Source: an uncultured Nitrososphaerota archaeon
GTDB taxonomy: Archaea > Thermoproteota > Nitrososphaeria > Nitrososphaerales > CADDZS01
NCBI GenBank assembly: GCA_963799845.1
Contig: CAWCYI010000006.1
Span: 672,001-736,000, forward strand
Length of the DNA stretch: 64,000 bases
Direction: 5' to 3'
In this document: positions 8,973 through 19,125 of the stretch, in pieces
Position numbering within the stretch: the first letter of the stretch is position 1
How the letters are laid out: each line of letters starts with the position of its first letter
The notes under the pieces: generated by a model
Told to the model about the DNA's origin: nothing
The model's input: only the letters and a program-made list of their open reading frames with translations
The model's database searches: none
Translations under genes and position numbers: made by a program

Positions 8973-9743
8973 TTACTGGTCTTTACGAAGCTGCTTCGCT
9001 CTCGCTCTTCCGACGACTTTTTGCGAGACTCCTTCTCCCGCATACTCCATGGCAAGCGACTGCTGGCTCTGAAGACCCTTTGAGAGTAGGTAAATCACGA
9101 AATCCCCGTCCTCTCGTCGTAAAATCCCGTAATGGATTCCGACTCCCTTGACAAGCCGATCCACAAACATTCTCGTGAAAATGACTCTGTGAACTATGCT
9201 ATCGACATACCTTCTCAGGGTAACGATGGTCGTCTTGGATGCTCGGGAGAGTTCGACAAGGGCATTCGTCACCTCGATCGTGTTTGAGAGTGATTCCAGC
9301 CCCTTGGAACACACGCACCTCACAAAGGCGTTTTCCTTGAATGGTAGCGATGTAATCGACGCTACAATGATTTCGCCCGAGAACCCTTCGGCCTTCCTGG
9401 TCGTTAGAGCAATGAGAGACTTGCTGATTGCGACAGATTCTAGGTTATGAACGATCAGGGAAGATTCCAGTTTGTCCGCTCCCGCATCGAGGATCAGACC
9501 TGACTCCTCATAGAGGAAATATCTCAGGACGTCTTCAAGGCTCGCAAAAGCTGGCATTGACGAAACTGCGAGATTTGGACCCGCGGCCTTTCTTGCCTGC
9601 CTCGCTTGTTCCTCAGCCTGCTCCCTCAACCAGTCTTCATAGGTGTAGTTCTTCTTGTAACTATCGGATCTTGAGCTTCCACCGGAACCGCTCTCGGATG
9701 AATTCTCCTTTCCAACCGTAGGATCAACTTCTTGACTCGTCAA
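8973..9743 (-). CDS. protein with a class I SAM-methyltransferase-like domain (degenerate)
   Basis: LILDAGA motif I-like segment, SLPFKENAF and ELSRASK. Confidence 0.55.
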   Translation of the reverse strand: MTSQEVDPTVGKENSSESGSGGSSRSDSYKKNYTYEDWLREQAEEQARQARKAAGPNLAVSSMPAFASLEDVLRYFLYEESGLILDAGADKLESSLIVHNLESVAISKSLIALTTRKAEGFSGEIIVASITSLPFKENAFVRCVCSKGLESLSNTIEVTNALVELSRASKTTIVTLRRYVDSIVHRVIFTRMFVDRLVKGVGIHYGILRREDGDFVIYLLSKGLQSQQSLAMEYAGEGVSQKVVGRARAKQLRKDQ

Positions 9744-9987
9744 TTCAGATAACCTTCAAAGATTCAACTAATTTCATATACTGTGGCAAAAACGTGCACG
9801 TAGAACGATGAAAGAGCAATTGGTAAGCCTTTCCTATAAAGGCTTTTTCCACAATAGAAGAATTTCTCGTGAGAAATTGCCTAAACCGATCTTTACATGA
9901 CTTCGGTAGAACAGTTAAATGGAATTTGCAAGATCGTTTTGATGCCCGCGTGATGCGTTTACGTCGCCGTTATTCTTCCTGCTTTTC

Positions 9988-10806
9988 ATGTTCCTGACAT
10001 CCGTGGCCGCGGGGGCGATCGGCTCGATTGTCGGCATCGGCGGCGGCCTACTGGTTACGCCGGTTCTCACCCTCATCTTCGGGGTAGATATCCACCTTGC
10101 GATCGGCGCAAGCATAATCGCAATTATTGCCACTTCAAGCGGCGGAGCCGTGGCGTACATCAGAGACAGAATAACAAACATCAGGATCGGCATGTTCCTT
10201 GAGATCGGAACAACCCTTGGCGCGATTACTGGAGCTGCTATCGCCGCCTACGTGAATTCCGCACTCTTGTTCGCCTTTTTTGGAGTGATCCTGTTGTTTT
10301 CTGCCATTCCCCTCTTGAGAAACAGGAACGAGGAACTCCCCCACGATGTCAGTAACGACTCTGTCGCAAACAGATTGCATCTGAACTCGAGCTATCCCGA
10401 ACAAAGGACGAGCCAGGAAATCTACTACAACGTTCAGGGAAGCTTCATTGCTCTGGGAATAATGTATGTCGCTGGACTCCTTTCAGGACTGCTTGGGATA
10501 GGAAGCGGTGCATTCAAGGTGCTCGGCATGGAGAATGCCATGCGGTTGCCGATGAAAGTCTCAACTACCACCAGCAACTTCATGATTGGTGTCACGGCGG
10601 CGGCGAGCGCCGGGATTTATTTCGTTAGGGGAGACGTAAACCCGTTCATAGTCGCACCGGTGGTCCTTGGAGTATTGGGCGGGGCCTTCGTTGGGACAAA
10701 GATCCTCGTCCGGGCAAGGAATACGACGGTGAGGACCGTGTTCATCATTGTACTTTTCGGCATCGCAATTGAAATGATTGGCAAGGCAGTCGGCGTATTG
10801 CCCTAA
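9988..10806 (+). CDS. TauE/SafE (TSUP) family exporter
   Basis: GIGGGLLVTP and GIGSGAFKV repeats; STTTSNFMIGVTAAASA. Confidence 0.9.
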   Translation: MFLTSVAAGAIGSIVGIGGGLLVTPVLTLIFGVDIHLAIGASIIAIIATSSGGAVAYIRDRITNIRIGMFLEIGTTLGAITGAAIAAYVNSALLFAFFGVILLFSAIPLLRNRNEELPHDVSNDSVANRLHLNSSYPEQRTSQEIYYNVQGSFIALGIMYVAGLLSGLLGIGSGAFKVLGMENAMRLPMKVSTTTSNFMIGVTAAASAGIYFVRGDVNPFIVAPVVLGVLGGAFVGTKILVRARNTTVRTVFIIVLFGIAIEMIGKAVGVLP

Positions 10807-10820
10807 TCAGGTGACAGTCA

Positions 10821-11285
10821 ATGAAAAATGATCCCGACGAGGACAAGTCGTTTGACAAGAAAAAGTACGCCCTCATGCAGAGCGTACTCGCAAAGACGCT
10901 ACTGTACGGCGTAGTGTTGAGCACGACTATCATTTTAGTCGGTCTCGTGTATATGGCTGCGACCTCCACGACGGGCTACAACTGCGATTTTTCCGGTTCC
11001 TCTCTAAGTTGCATCTTGAATTACAATCCAGCAACAATCCCTCACGGCGAATATCCCAACACACTATTTACAATGGCCACAGGACTGGCTCAGCTAAAGC
11101 CGTTCGCGATTATACAACTCGGAGTACTGGTCCTACTTGCAACCCCGGTCCTTCGGGTATTTGCTTCACTTGTTTTGTTCGGGATAGAGAGGGATCGGGC
11201 GTTTGTCTTGATCACGCTCTTCGTATTTCTCATACTCTTGTTCAGCTTCTTCGTGGTTCCGGAAATCCCAATTTTCAAAGCCTAG
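10821..11285 (+). CDS. DUF1634 family membrane protein
   Basis: LGVLVLLATPVLRV motif; usual partner downstream of TauE. Confidence 0.8.
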   Translation: MKNDPDEDKSFDKKKYALMQSVLAKTLLYGVVLSTTIILVGLVYMAATSTTGYNCDFSGSSLSCILNYNPATIPHGEYPNTLFTMATGLAQLKPFAIIQLGVLVLLATPVLRVFASLVLFGIERDRAFVLITLFVFLILLFSFFVVPEIPIFKA

Positions 11286-11355
11286 TCGCCTTTTGGGGAC
11301 GGAATTTTCCTTGAATAACTTTTAATCGTCACGATAAAGCATTTTTTCGAAAAAG

Positions 11356-11502
11356 GCCGGGGTTGAGCAATCTGGTCGCTCACCGCGCTCGAGATCCTCT
11401 TCGACAGTAAGAACTGATCGCGAGAGAAGAAAATTGGGCTTCGGTAAAACAAGACACGCGGCGCCCCTATGGGGTATGTGGGTTCAAATCCCACCTCCGG
11501 CG
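11356..11502 (+). tRNA. tRNA-Ser(CGA) with a 62-nt intron at 37/38 (11394-11455)
   Basis: Acceptor GCCGGGG/CTCCGGC plus discriminator G; anticodon stem CCGCG/CGCGG around CT-CGA-G; long variable arm GCCCC-TAT-GGGGT; T-arm GTGGG-TTCAAAT-CCCAC. Confidence 0.88.
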
Positions 11503-11612
11503 TCTTAATCTCCGTTTTAATGACCGTTAAGTACTACCTAAAGAGTTGGAATGATTTGATGCCAATTTGGGACAACAAAAGTCAAGTACGACCACGAGCA
11601 TAATCGAGTAAT

Positions 11613-11891
11613 TTGGCTTTCGACGATCCGATCGATTTCATCGCATTAGCGTGCATTCTACTCGTTCTCTATCTTGGATTTGTGAGGAGATCCAAAGAGG
11701 GAAACACTCGTGCGAATGGTGTTAGATCTACGGGATATATCCTTTTGGCTCTTGGACTTTTTTCATTTGTATTCTTGTCTTTGTTTACTCTGATGTTTAT
11801 CATCGTCGGGTTGCTCCTAATATTCTTGAGCCGGGGTGCAAAAAGAAGCCAGTTCTTGAGGAATCCGGATCATTCCCTCGATTCAGGATAA
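11613..11891 (+). CDS. small membrane protein
   Basis: 92-aa ORF with about three hydrophobic segments. Confidence 0.55.
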   Translation: MAFDDPIDFIALACILLVLYLGFVRRSKEGNTRANGVRSTGYILLALGLFSFVFLSLFTLMFIIVGLLLIFLSRGAKRSQFLRNPDHSLDSG

Positions 11892-11907
11892 CTCCCTTTG
11901 TTCAAAA

Positions 11908-13632
11908 CTACCTGAACAGATTTGTTTTCGCAAGATCTACAATTTCGTCCCCCTTTCCGTTCAGAACCGCACGGATCATGTAGAGAGTGAAGCCTTTCAC
12001 GACTTCATAGTTGATATTTGGCGGAATCAACAGCTCCTGACGGTTTACGACTACATCTACAAGCGCAGGTCCATCAGAAGCAAGAGCTTGAGTCAACGCG
12101 GGTCTTACCTGTTCGGGCTTCTCCGCGCGAAAGCCTGCAACTCCAACGGCTTCTGCCATCTTGGAAAAATCCGGGTTCTCTAGTTCCGTCCCATAATCGA
12201 CTATGCCTGCAGCTTTCATCTCCAGTTCGACAAAGTCAAGCGCTCCGTTGTTGAATACCACAACCTTCACAGGCAACTTCAGCTGCACGAGTGAAAGAAA
12301 GTCGCCCAGCATCATGGAAAAACCACCGTCGCCGGACATCGAAATCACCTGTCTTTCGGGAAAGACCTGCTGGGCGCCGATAGCTTGGGGCAACGCGTTA
12401 GCCATTGATCCGTGCGAGAACGATCCCACCAGCCTTCTCTTGCCGTTCATTTGCAAATAGCGCGCCGCCCAGATGGTCGGTGTGCCGACATCGCAGGTGA
12501 ATATCGCGTTGTCGGAAGCGACCTCGTTCAACATCTTCGCGACGTATTGGGGATGAATAGGAGTGCGGTCAACCTCGCCAACTGCAAGCGAGTCGAGATC
12601 TTTCCTTGTCTTCTGATAATGCGCCAACGAAGCGTTTAGATGTTGACTTTCTTTTTTCGGAGTCAACAAGGGCTTCAGTGCTGCGAGAGTTTCGCCCACA
12701 TCTCCTACCAATCCAATGTCAACTTTAGTTCTTCTGCCGATTTGTTCGCCACGAATGTCCACCTGAGCTATGAGAGCATCTTCAGGATAAAATTGCTGGT
12801 AGGGAAAATCGGTTCCGAGCATCAATAGGACTTCGGAATCCATCATCGCGTAGTATCCGGATGAGAATCCAAGCAGTCCCGTCATACCGACATCAAACGG
12901 ATTGTCATATTCTACATGTTCCTTCCCCCTCATCGCATGAACAATCGGAGCTTGGAGAATACTGGCCATCTCGATAAGCTGCGAGTGTGAACCCGCGCAC
13001 CCCGCACCTGCGAGTATTGTCACCTTCTTGCAAGAATTTAGGGCGTCCGCAAGTTTAGTGATGCCCCCTTTCACGGGGGACACCCTCGGATTTTCTGCCG
13101 CGAAAATCGGTATTGGCCTCTTCGACGTCGCCTCCTCAAGCGCAATATCGCCTGGGATTACAAGAACGCTCACATCACTCTTTGATATGGCAGTTCTGAT
13201 CGCAATTTCCAGCAATCGAGGGATCTGCTCAGACTGGGACACCAGCTCACAGTAGCTACTGCATTCTCTGAACACCAGCTCCGGATGTGTTTCCTGAAAG
13301 TAGTTGCTACCGATTTCGCGGATGGGTATGTGTGCGGCGATAGCGATAACCGGTACCCGGCTGCGGTGGCAATCATAGAGACCGTTGATCAGGTGAAGGT
13401 TCCCGGGGCCGCAACTTCCAGCGCACGCCGCCAATTTGCCGGTCAGATGGGCTTCCGCTCCCGCGGCGAATGCAGCAGCTTCCTCGTGGCGCATGTGGAC
13501 CCACGAAATGTCCTTGATGTGATTTCGAATAGAATCCGTTATTCCGTTCAACGAATCTCCGCTGATGCCGTAGATTCTTGATACTCCCGCAGAGATCAGC
13601 GTTTCCACGACGACGTCAGCCACTTTTGGCAT
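11908..13632 (-). CDS. poxB: pyruvate dehydrogenase (quinone) / pyruvate oxidase
   Basis: RHEEAAAFAAGAEA, GSCGPGNLHLINGL, ThDP motif GDGG...NN and C-terminal lipid-binding helix DLAKTNLFR; likely start MPKVAD at 13632. Confidence 0.93.
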   Translation of the reverse strand: MPKVADVVVETLISAGVSRIYGISGDSLNGITDSIRNHIKDISWVHMRHEEAAAFAAGAEAHLTGKLAACAGSCGPGNLHLINGLYDCHRSRVPVIAIAAHIPIREIGSNYFQETHPELVFRECSSYCELVSQSEQIPRLLEIAIRTAISKSDVSVLVIPGDIALEEATSKRPIPIFAAENPRVSPVKGGITKLADALNSCKKVTILAGAGCAGSHSQLIEMASILQAPIVHAMRGKEHVEYDNPFDVGMTGLLGFSSGYYAMMDSEVLLMLGTDFPYQQFYPEDALIAQVDIRGEQIGRRTKVDIGLVGDVGETLAALKPLLTPKKESQHLNASLAHYQKTRKDLDSLAVGEVDRTPIHPQYVAKMLNEVASDNAIFTCDVGTPTIWAARYLQMNGKRRLVGSFSHGSMANALPQAIGAQQVFPERQVISMSGDGGFSMMLGDFLSLVQLKLPVKVVVFNNGALDFVELEMKAAGIVDYGTELENPDFSKMAEAVGVAGFRAEKPEQVRPALTQALASDGPALVDVVVNRQELLIPPNINYEVVKGFTLYMIRAVLNGKGDEIVDLAKTNLFR

Positions 13633-13883
13633 GACGAAAATAATGGTTCGGAGACAATTAACAGTTATCGCTCCACATTTACATGGTCGCTTATTTCCAT
13701 CTTCCGAGCACGATGGAGAAAGAACGGAGAAGCTGTGGAGAAGCTCAGTCATATCAAATTATTAGGGCATGTTAATTCAAGTTTGAGGACTCAAACAAAT
13801 TGGTTTAGTTTGCTCTGGGCTCGATCTTAACCATGCCTAACGTTATATGGTTCACCAATCTATGAGGTAGCAAGTGAATAAAA

Positions 13884-14302
13884 TTGGTATTCATAATCGA
13901 TGAAGGGAGCACATTCAAAGCGTCGATAGATAAAGTCTAGAAGCTCAATATGTCGGAGGGGAACCACTCTCATCCCAGCCTGAAAAATACAAGCTCGGAG
14001 ATGGAGGGCGAGTACCCTATTCTGAGTTACGAAACCCAGATGCCAGACGGAAGCTGGGTCAAGAACCGAGTGAAGACGACGCTTCTTCCGCCGGGGGGTA
14101 TTGGATTCGAGACGCTCGGAGGACCGATGCGGGATCCACTTCTTTCCAGTTTTACACGCCGAAAGGAAGCGAGACGGCGATCACTGTTGTCGGAAATTGG
14201 ACCGCAAAAGGAGTACCTGACGAAGCCATCCGCCAGGCCGTCCTTGGATTCCTTGACACCGTTTTCAATGAAAATCAAGCAAACCTTTCGAAAATGATAT
14301 AA
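13884..14302 (+). pseudogene. SRPBCC/START-like protein with an in-frame TAG (13938) and a frameshift (~14130)
   Basis: Reconstruction LVFIIDEGSTFKASIDKV*KLN...ETLGGPM/AGSTSFQFYTPKGSETAITVVGNW...FLDTVFNENQANLSKMI reads as one continuous protein. Confidence 0.55.
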
Positions 14303-14369
14303 TCAATCAGAATACTGCGAGTGCAGAACTTTTTCTAGTTCTGCTATTCTCTTTTTTTATCCTCCTCGC

Positions 14370-15347
14370 TTGATTTGCAACCCAATCGGGAAATCTTGGG
14401 AATTAATTATAAGCTGCAAGCTTGATATCCGATCGCGCTGTATCTTGACGTCTGTCACTCTGGTCGGAAAGCAATTCAATTATGTTATTGTGGGAAGTGG
14501 GGAACCAGTTGTCCATATTCACGGACTAGAACCTTCAATGGAGGGTACAGGATCAAATGCCCGGAAGACCGGCATTCCTCGGATTTCGCAATACCTCAAG
14601 AACAAATTTCAGATTATAATTTACAACAATTACCGCATAGGTGAAATGGAGTACGCAACAAAGGCGGAGGCAAGCAACGACGTAGACAGTATTGCCAATG
14701 AATGCTTTGTGCTGCTTCAGCATCTGAACATCTCCAAAGCGCACTTCTTTGCCCATCGGCAGGTAGGTTATCCTGCGATCAAACTCGCCCTAGAGCATCC
14801 CGACCTTGTTAACTCAGTTGGGCTACTGGATTTTGCGATTGTCGAACCTTTTTTGTTGAAGCCGAAGGTGCAGGCCGCAATGGCTAGATCGATGCAGAGA
14901 GCGGCGATGAATCCCCAGTACCAGCAAAGAATGGAGATGCTTCGTCAGATGGCAGAGGCCGCAAAGTCAGGCACAATGCCAAACGGTGAAGCGGTCGATC
15001 CAGAAGTTGCCGCCCAGATCAACACCATTCCAAAAGCATTCTTGGAACAGTTCGTGCCCGGAACGGATCAAAGCGATACTCTTTCCGTGCAAGTTAGAAC
15101 GTGGACCACAAAGATGCTTTCCACTTCATACGAAGAGGTCGCGCCGAGGGTGAAGCAACCAATCTTTTCTGCCGTCTGGGGCGATGGAGAGGACTGGGCG
15201 AGACAGTCTTCCGACCTGTTGAAGAATTGGCTGCCGCAAACGGAAATCTTCACTGTGCCTAAGAAATCTCACTGGTACTCCGGCCAAAACGATGAGGGAC
15301 TGGCTTCGGGGCTCGCCGATTTCTATTCACGGCATCCCTTAACATGA
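14370..15347 (+). CDS. alpha/beta hydrolase fold protein lacking the nucleophile Ser (true start probably TTG ~14445)
   Basis: GSGEPVVHIHG, LALEHPDLV and C-terminal SHW; nucleophile elbow reads AHRQVG. Confidence 0.75.
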   Translation: MICNPIGKSWELIISCKLDIRSRCILTSVTLVGKQFNYVIVGSGEPVVHIHGLEPSMEGTGSNARKTGIPRISQYLKNKFQIIIYNNYRIGEMEYATKAEASNDVDSIANECFVLLQHLNISKAHFFAHRQVGYPAIKLALEHPDLVNSVGLLDFAIVEPFLLKPKVQAAMARSMQRAAMNPQYQQRMEMLRQMAEAAKSGTMPNGEAVDPEVAAQINTIPKAFLEQFVPGTDQSDTLSVQVRTWTTKMLSTSYEEVAPRVKQPIFSAVWGDGEDWARQSSDLLKNWLPQTEIFTVPKKSHWYSGQNDEGLASGLADFYSRHPLT

Positions 15348-15368
15348 TGAAGATTCCAATTTTCATCT

Positions 15369-16401
15369 TCAGTAAAGTTTCTTCGTATCTAGAACGTTCA
15401 AAAGAGGTCTTCCTTCGACGAATCTATTGAGGTTCTCGCAAAATAGCTTCGTAATCCTTTGGTTTTCATTCACGCCGTTGCTCGCAGAGTGAGGGCTGAT
15501 TATCACCCGCGGCATGGACCAAAGCGGACTGTCAGGAGGCAACGGCTCAATCGAGAATACATCCAGCGAAGCTCCGCGCAGATGACCCGACTGAAGGGCG
15601 TGGATGAGCGCCTCTTCATCTACTACAGCTCCGCGTGAAATGTTGATCAAAACGGCGTTCTTGGGAAGCAGAGCTCAGCTCCTTCTCACTGATCAGGTTT
15701 GTGGTTTCGTCAGTGTGAGGTGTGGTCAGGCATAGAAAGTTCGACTGCTTTAGGACAAGCGGTAATTCTGACGGTGGATAGACCTCGTCCACATTGGCAA
15801 GCGTCCCTGTCGGATTGCGTCTAGTTCCAACTACCCGCATGTCGAATGTTTTTGCAATCCTCGCAATTTCACGCCCAATCTTCCCCAGCCCGACGATCCC
15901 CAAGGTGTATTCTGAAAGCTCGTTTGCGGTAAATTGTTTCCAGACCCGGGCCTCTTGCTGTTGCTGAACTAAGAAGAAATCCTTCACGAACATCAGCATC
16001 GACATTATGACGAATTCAGCAAGCGGTCGGATGTGAACTCCACTTGCGGTTGTGAAAATCCAGTCCGTTTTTTCCGCGTATCCTTTCGATCGGACGAATT
16101 GTCCGATGCCGGCGCTGGTGCACTGAATCCACTTCAGATTCTTGGCGATATCCGGCAGATCATCCAAATGAGAGCGGTCAAAGTCAAACAACACATCGGC
16201 GCTTTGCAACAACTCCTTCCACTCACTCTCCTGTTTTGGCGTTCGAGAGGGAAGAGAGGTGTGGTCCGTCGCATGTTTCGGTTTATAGAGAAGGTCAGGT
16301 CGGAATATTACATCCACTTCAGGCACTTTATTTCTAATTTCCCCAACGAGGCTAGGATCGAGATATGATGCAATAAGGACGCGGAGGCTTTCTTCTACCA
16401 G
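15369..16401 (-). CDS. D-2-hydroxyacid dehydrogenase (frameshift ~15670)
   Basis: GIVGLGKIG, INISRG, LDVFSIEPLP and SPHSA motifs split over ORFs 15616-16326 and 15369-15650; coding frame extends upstream to ~16401. Confidence 0.85.
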
Positions 16402-16478
16402 CCATTCTGATCGAATCCGAATTTTGGTCTAGTTTGATACAGAGTGGAGTTGCAAAAATATCGATGTGTTTTAGGAGA

Positions 16479-17480
16479 CTATTTCCTAAAGTGCGGAATG
16501 ATTTTCTGGCCTATGATATTGATTGAATTCTTGGGATCCGGACCGAGTGGAGATCCAATGAGAACTTGATTAACTCCTGCTCGGTCAAGTTCTTCGACGC
16601 GAGAGATGCAATCGTCGGACGACCCGTAGATCGCAAGCCTTAGCATCTTGTCAGTGACTAGCTTCGAGGCTTCGCGCATTCCTTCTTTCTTGAATGTTTC
16701 ATGGACTCCCGAAAATTCCTCGTGCGTCAGTCCCACGGCAGCCAGTCCCTTCGTCCCTAAAAGCGGACCAAAGTAAGCAATCAATTCCTTGAGAGGCGTG
16801 GTGATTGACTCATCCCTAGTCTTTGCAATAGACATCCAGACACAACCCGCGATGTCAACTTGCTTTGGATCCTTTCCGGCTTTTATCGCGCCCTCTGAAA
16901 TTTTTTTCACTGCGTATTCGGCGAAATCCGGCGGGTAAAGTAGAGGAAGAGCTCCGTCTCCTTCTGCCCCTGAATACTCGAGCATCTTATCACCCTGTCC
17001 CCCGATGTAGATCGGTATCTTTGAACGGAAAGGCTTGAAACGCATGTAGGCCTGCTCCGACCAAGTAAATTCCTTCCCCTCATATTTCGCAACTTTTCCC
17101 GATAGAAGCAGTCGAATCAAATCAACGGCTTCCTTTGTTCGCGTGAGAGGACGCTTTGCAGGAACCTGTAGCCAATCCATGTATTCAAGGGCCCCGGCAC
17201 TTATGCCACAAACTACGCGGCCGCTGGTGAGCTCGTCCAGCGAAGCGAGGTACATCGCAAGCTCGGCGGGGTTTGTTGTATAGGGATTTAGTATCGTATT
17301 CCCGAGAATCATTTTCCGGGTGTGCTCGGCGATTGATGTCAGCGTTACAAACGAACTTCTCATGAATATGTCGTGGGAAACCCAACAATAATCGAAACCA
17401 TTTTTCTCCGCAAGAACGGCGAGTTCGACCATATTCTGGGTCGTTCCGAACCAATCTGCTAGCCTCAATCCAAATTTCAT
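16479..17480 (-). CDS. LLM-class oxidoreductase (Mer-like, probably F420-dependent)
   Basis: AEKNGFDYCW, NPYTTNPA, LDELTSGR and IPIYIGGQG. Confidence 0.85.
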   Translation of the reverse strand: MKFGLRLADWFGTTQNMVELAVLAEKNGFDYCWVSHDIFMRSSFVTLTSIAEHTRKMILGNTILNPYTTNPAELAMYLASLDELTSGRVVCGISAGALEYMDWLQVPAKRPLTRTKEAVDLIRLLLSGKVAKYEGKEFTWSEQAYMRFKPFRSKIPIYIGGQGDKMLEYSGAEGDGALPLLYPPDFAEYAVKKISEGAIKAGKDPKQVDIAGCVWMSIAKTRDESITTPLKELIAYFGPLLGTKGLAAVGLTHEEFSGVHETFKKEGMREASKLVTDKMLRLAIYGSSDDCISRVEELDRAGVNQVLIGSPLGPDPKNSINIIGQKIIPHFRK

Positions 17481-17581
17481 AGATCTCCACGAGTTTCTGA
17501 AGGATTGTAAATCTTTCAGTTCAGAGTTTTCAATGGATTCTCACCCGACAGGTCTGGTCGTTCCTCAGAGAAAACGATCAT

Positions 17582-19091
17582 ATGCCCTCGAAAACGATGG
17601 AGACCCAATTCTTCGCCATGAACGTTCAAGATCTGATTTCCAAGCGGCGGACTAAGATAGTGTGCACGATCGGCCCCGCGAGCAGTTCCGACACGATGCT
17701 TCGCCGCTTAATCAGAACCGGCATGGATTGCGCGAGACTCAATTTCTCTCACGGGTCGCACACGGAGCATCTAGAAGTGATTAGAAATATCCGGAGGATC
17801 TCCGAAGAAATCGGTAAGCAGGTAGCCCTGATTCAGGATCTTCCCGGTCCAAAATTTCGTGTTGGTAAACTCAAGAGCGATCCAGTCCGTCTGCGGAAAG
17901 GGGCGACGATCGCTCTGGCAACTGACAAAGATGATTCGAACGAAGAACTGAAGATACCACTTCGGCAGCAAGACTTGCCAAAGTACGTAATGAAAGGATC
18001 TACCATATTCCTCTCGGACGGAACTATCCGTCTCCGCGTAATCAAGACTACCGAGAACGAAATTGAATGTAAAGTCCTGGTGGGCGGCGATCTCTACTCA
18101 GGGAAGGGCGTCAACATTCCATCGCTGGGCGAAGACTTTGAGACATTTACAGATGCAGATAGAGGGCATGTACTGTTCGGGCTGGAACACAAAGTTGACT
18201 TTATCGCCGTCTCCTTTGTTCGAAACAAGGCTGACATCAGGGCAGCGAAGGAGTTCATCGCAAAACACTCAGTCAATATTGAAAATACACCGTGGGTGAT
18301 CGCGAAGATCGAAAAGAGGAAGGCTCTTCAAAATCTTTCAGAAATAATCGATGCTTCTGATGCCGTGATGGTCGCGAGGGGAGATCTAGGAGTCGAAAAC
18401 CCGATAGAAGAGGTACCCATTATTCAGAAGAGAATTATTGCGCTTTGTAATTCGAGATCTGTTCCAGTAATAACGGCGACCCAAATGCTGGAGTCGATGG
18501 TCGAAAATGCAAGCCCCACGAGAGCCGAAGTGACGGATGTTGCGAACGCAATCCTTGACGGGACTGATGCGGTTATGCTTTCTGAGGAGACTGCCGTCGG
18601 GAAGTATCCTCAGGAATGCGTCCGAGTCTTGCACAGGGTTGCCCTAAACGCCGAATCAAGAATTTTGCGAAAAGAATGGACCCCAAGCTTCGAATTCGTG
18701 GGGAAAAGCGTCGACGATGTCTCGAGCTCGGGAGCGATCAGGCTTTCACAAGATGTCGGAGCGCGGTTATTCATTGCACCCACGGAAAATGGCCTGGTTG
18801 CCTCAAGACTCGCTCGATTCAAGCCGATGGCTCCGATCCTCGCGATAACCTCCCACGAGACGACTGAGAGGAAGCTCAAACTCGTCTGGGGAGTCAACTC
18901 GCTTCTTGCGAAATCTAAAGATGGAAAGGGAGCTCACAGAGCTCGATCAACTTTTGAAAACGTCGATTCACGATCTCGTAAAGAACAAGATCGTCAGCGA
19001 GGGAGACAAACTCGTAGTTTTTTGCGACAGCATAGAGTTTTTTGGACATGAAGGGAAGTTAACTTTCGTGACAGAGGCGGGGTTGGATTAG
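17582..19091 (+). CDS. pyk: pyruvate kinase (frameshift ~18930)
   Basis: TKIVCTIGPAS, ARLNFSHG, MVARGDLGVE, TATQMLESM and DAVMLSEETA; C-terminus continues in ORF 18906-19091. Confidence 0.95.
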
Positions 19092-19125
19092 GAGTTCGAA
19101 GCTGCGAGTTACTTCGAAAGGATCG

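Noticed and set aside
11282-11494. 70-aa ORF starting MGFEPT
   Set aside because: Antisense translation of the tRNA-Ser gene
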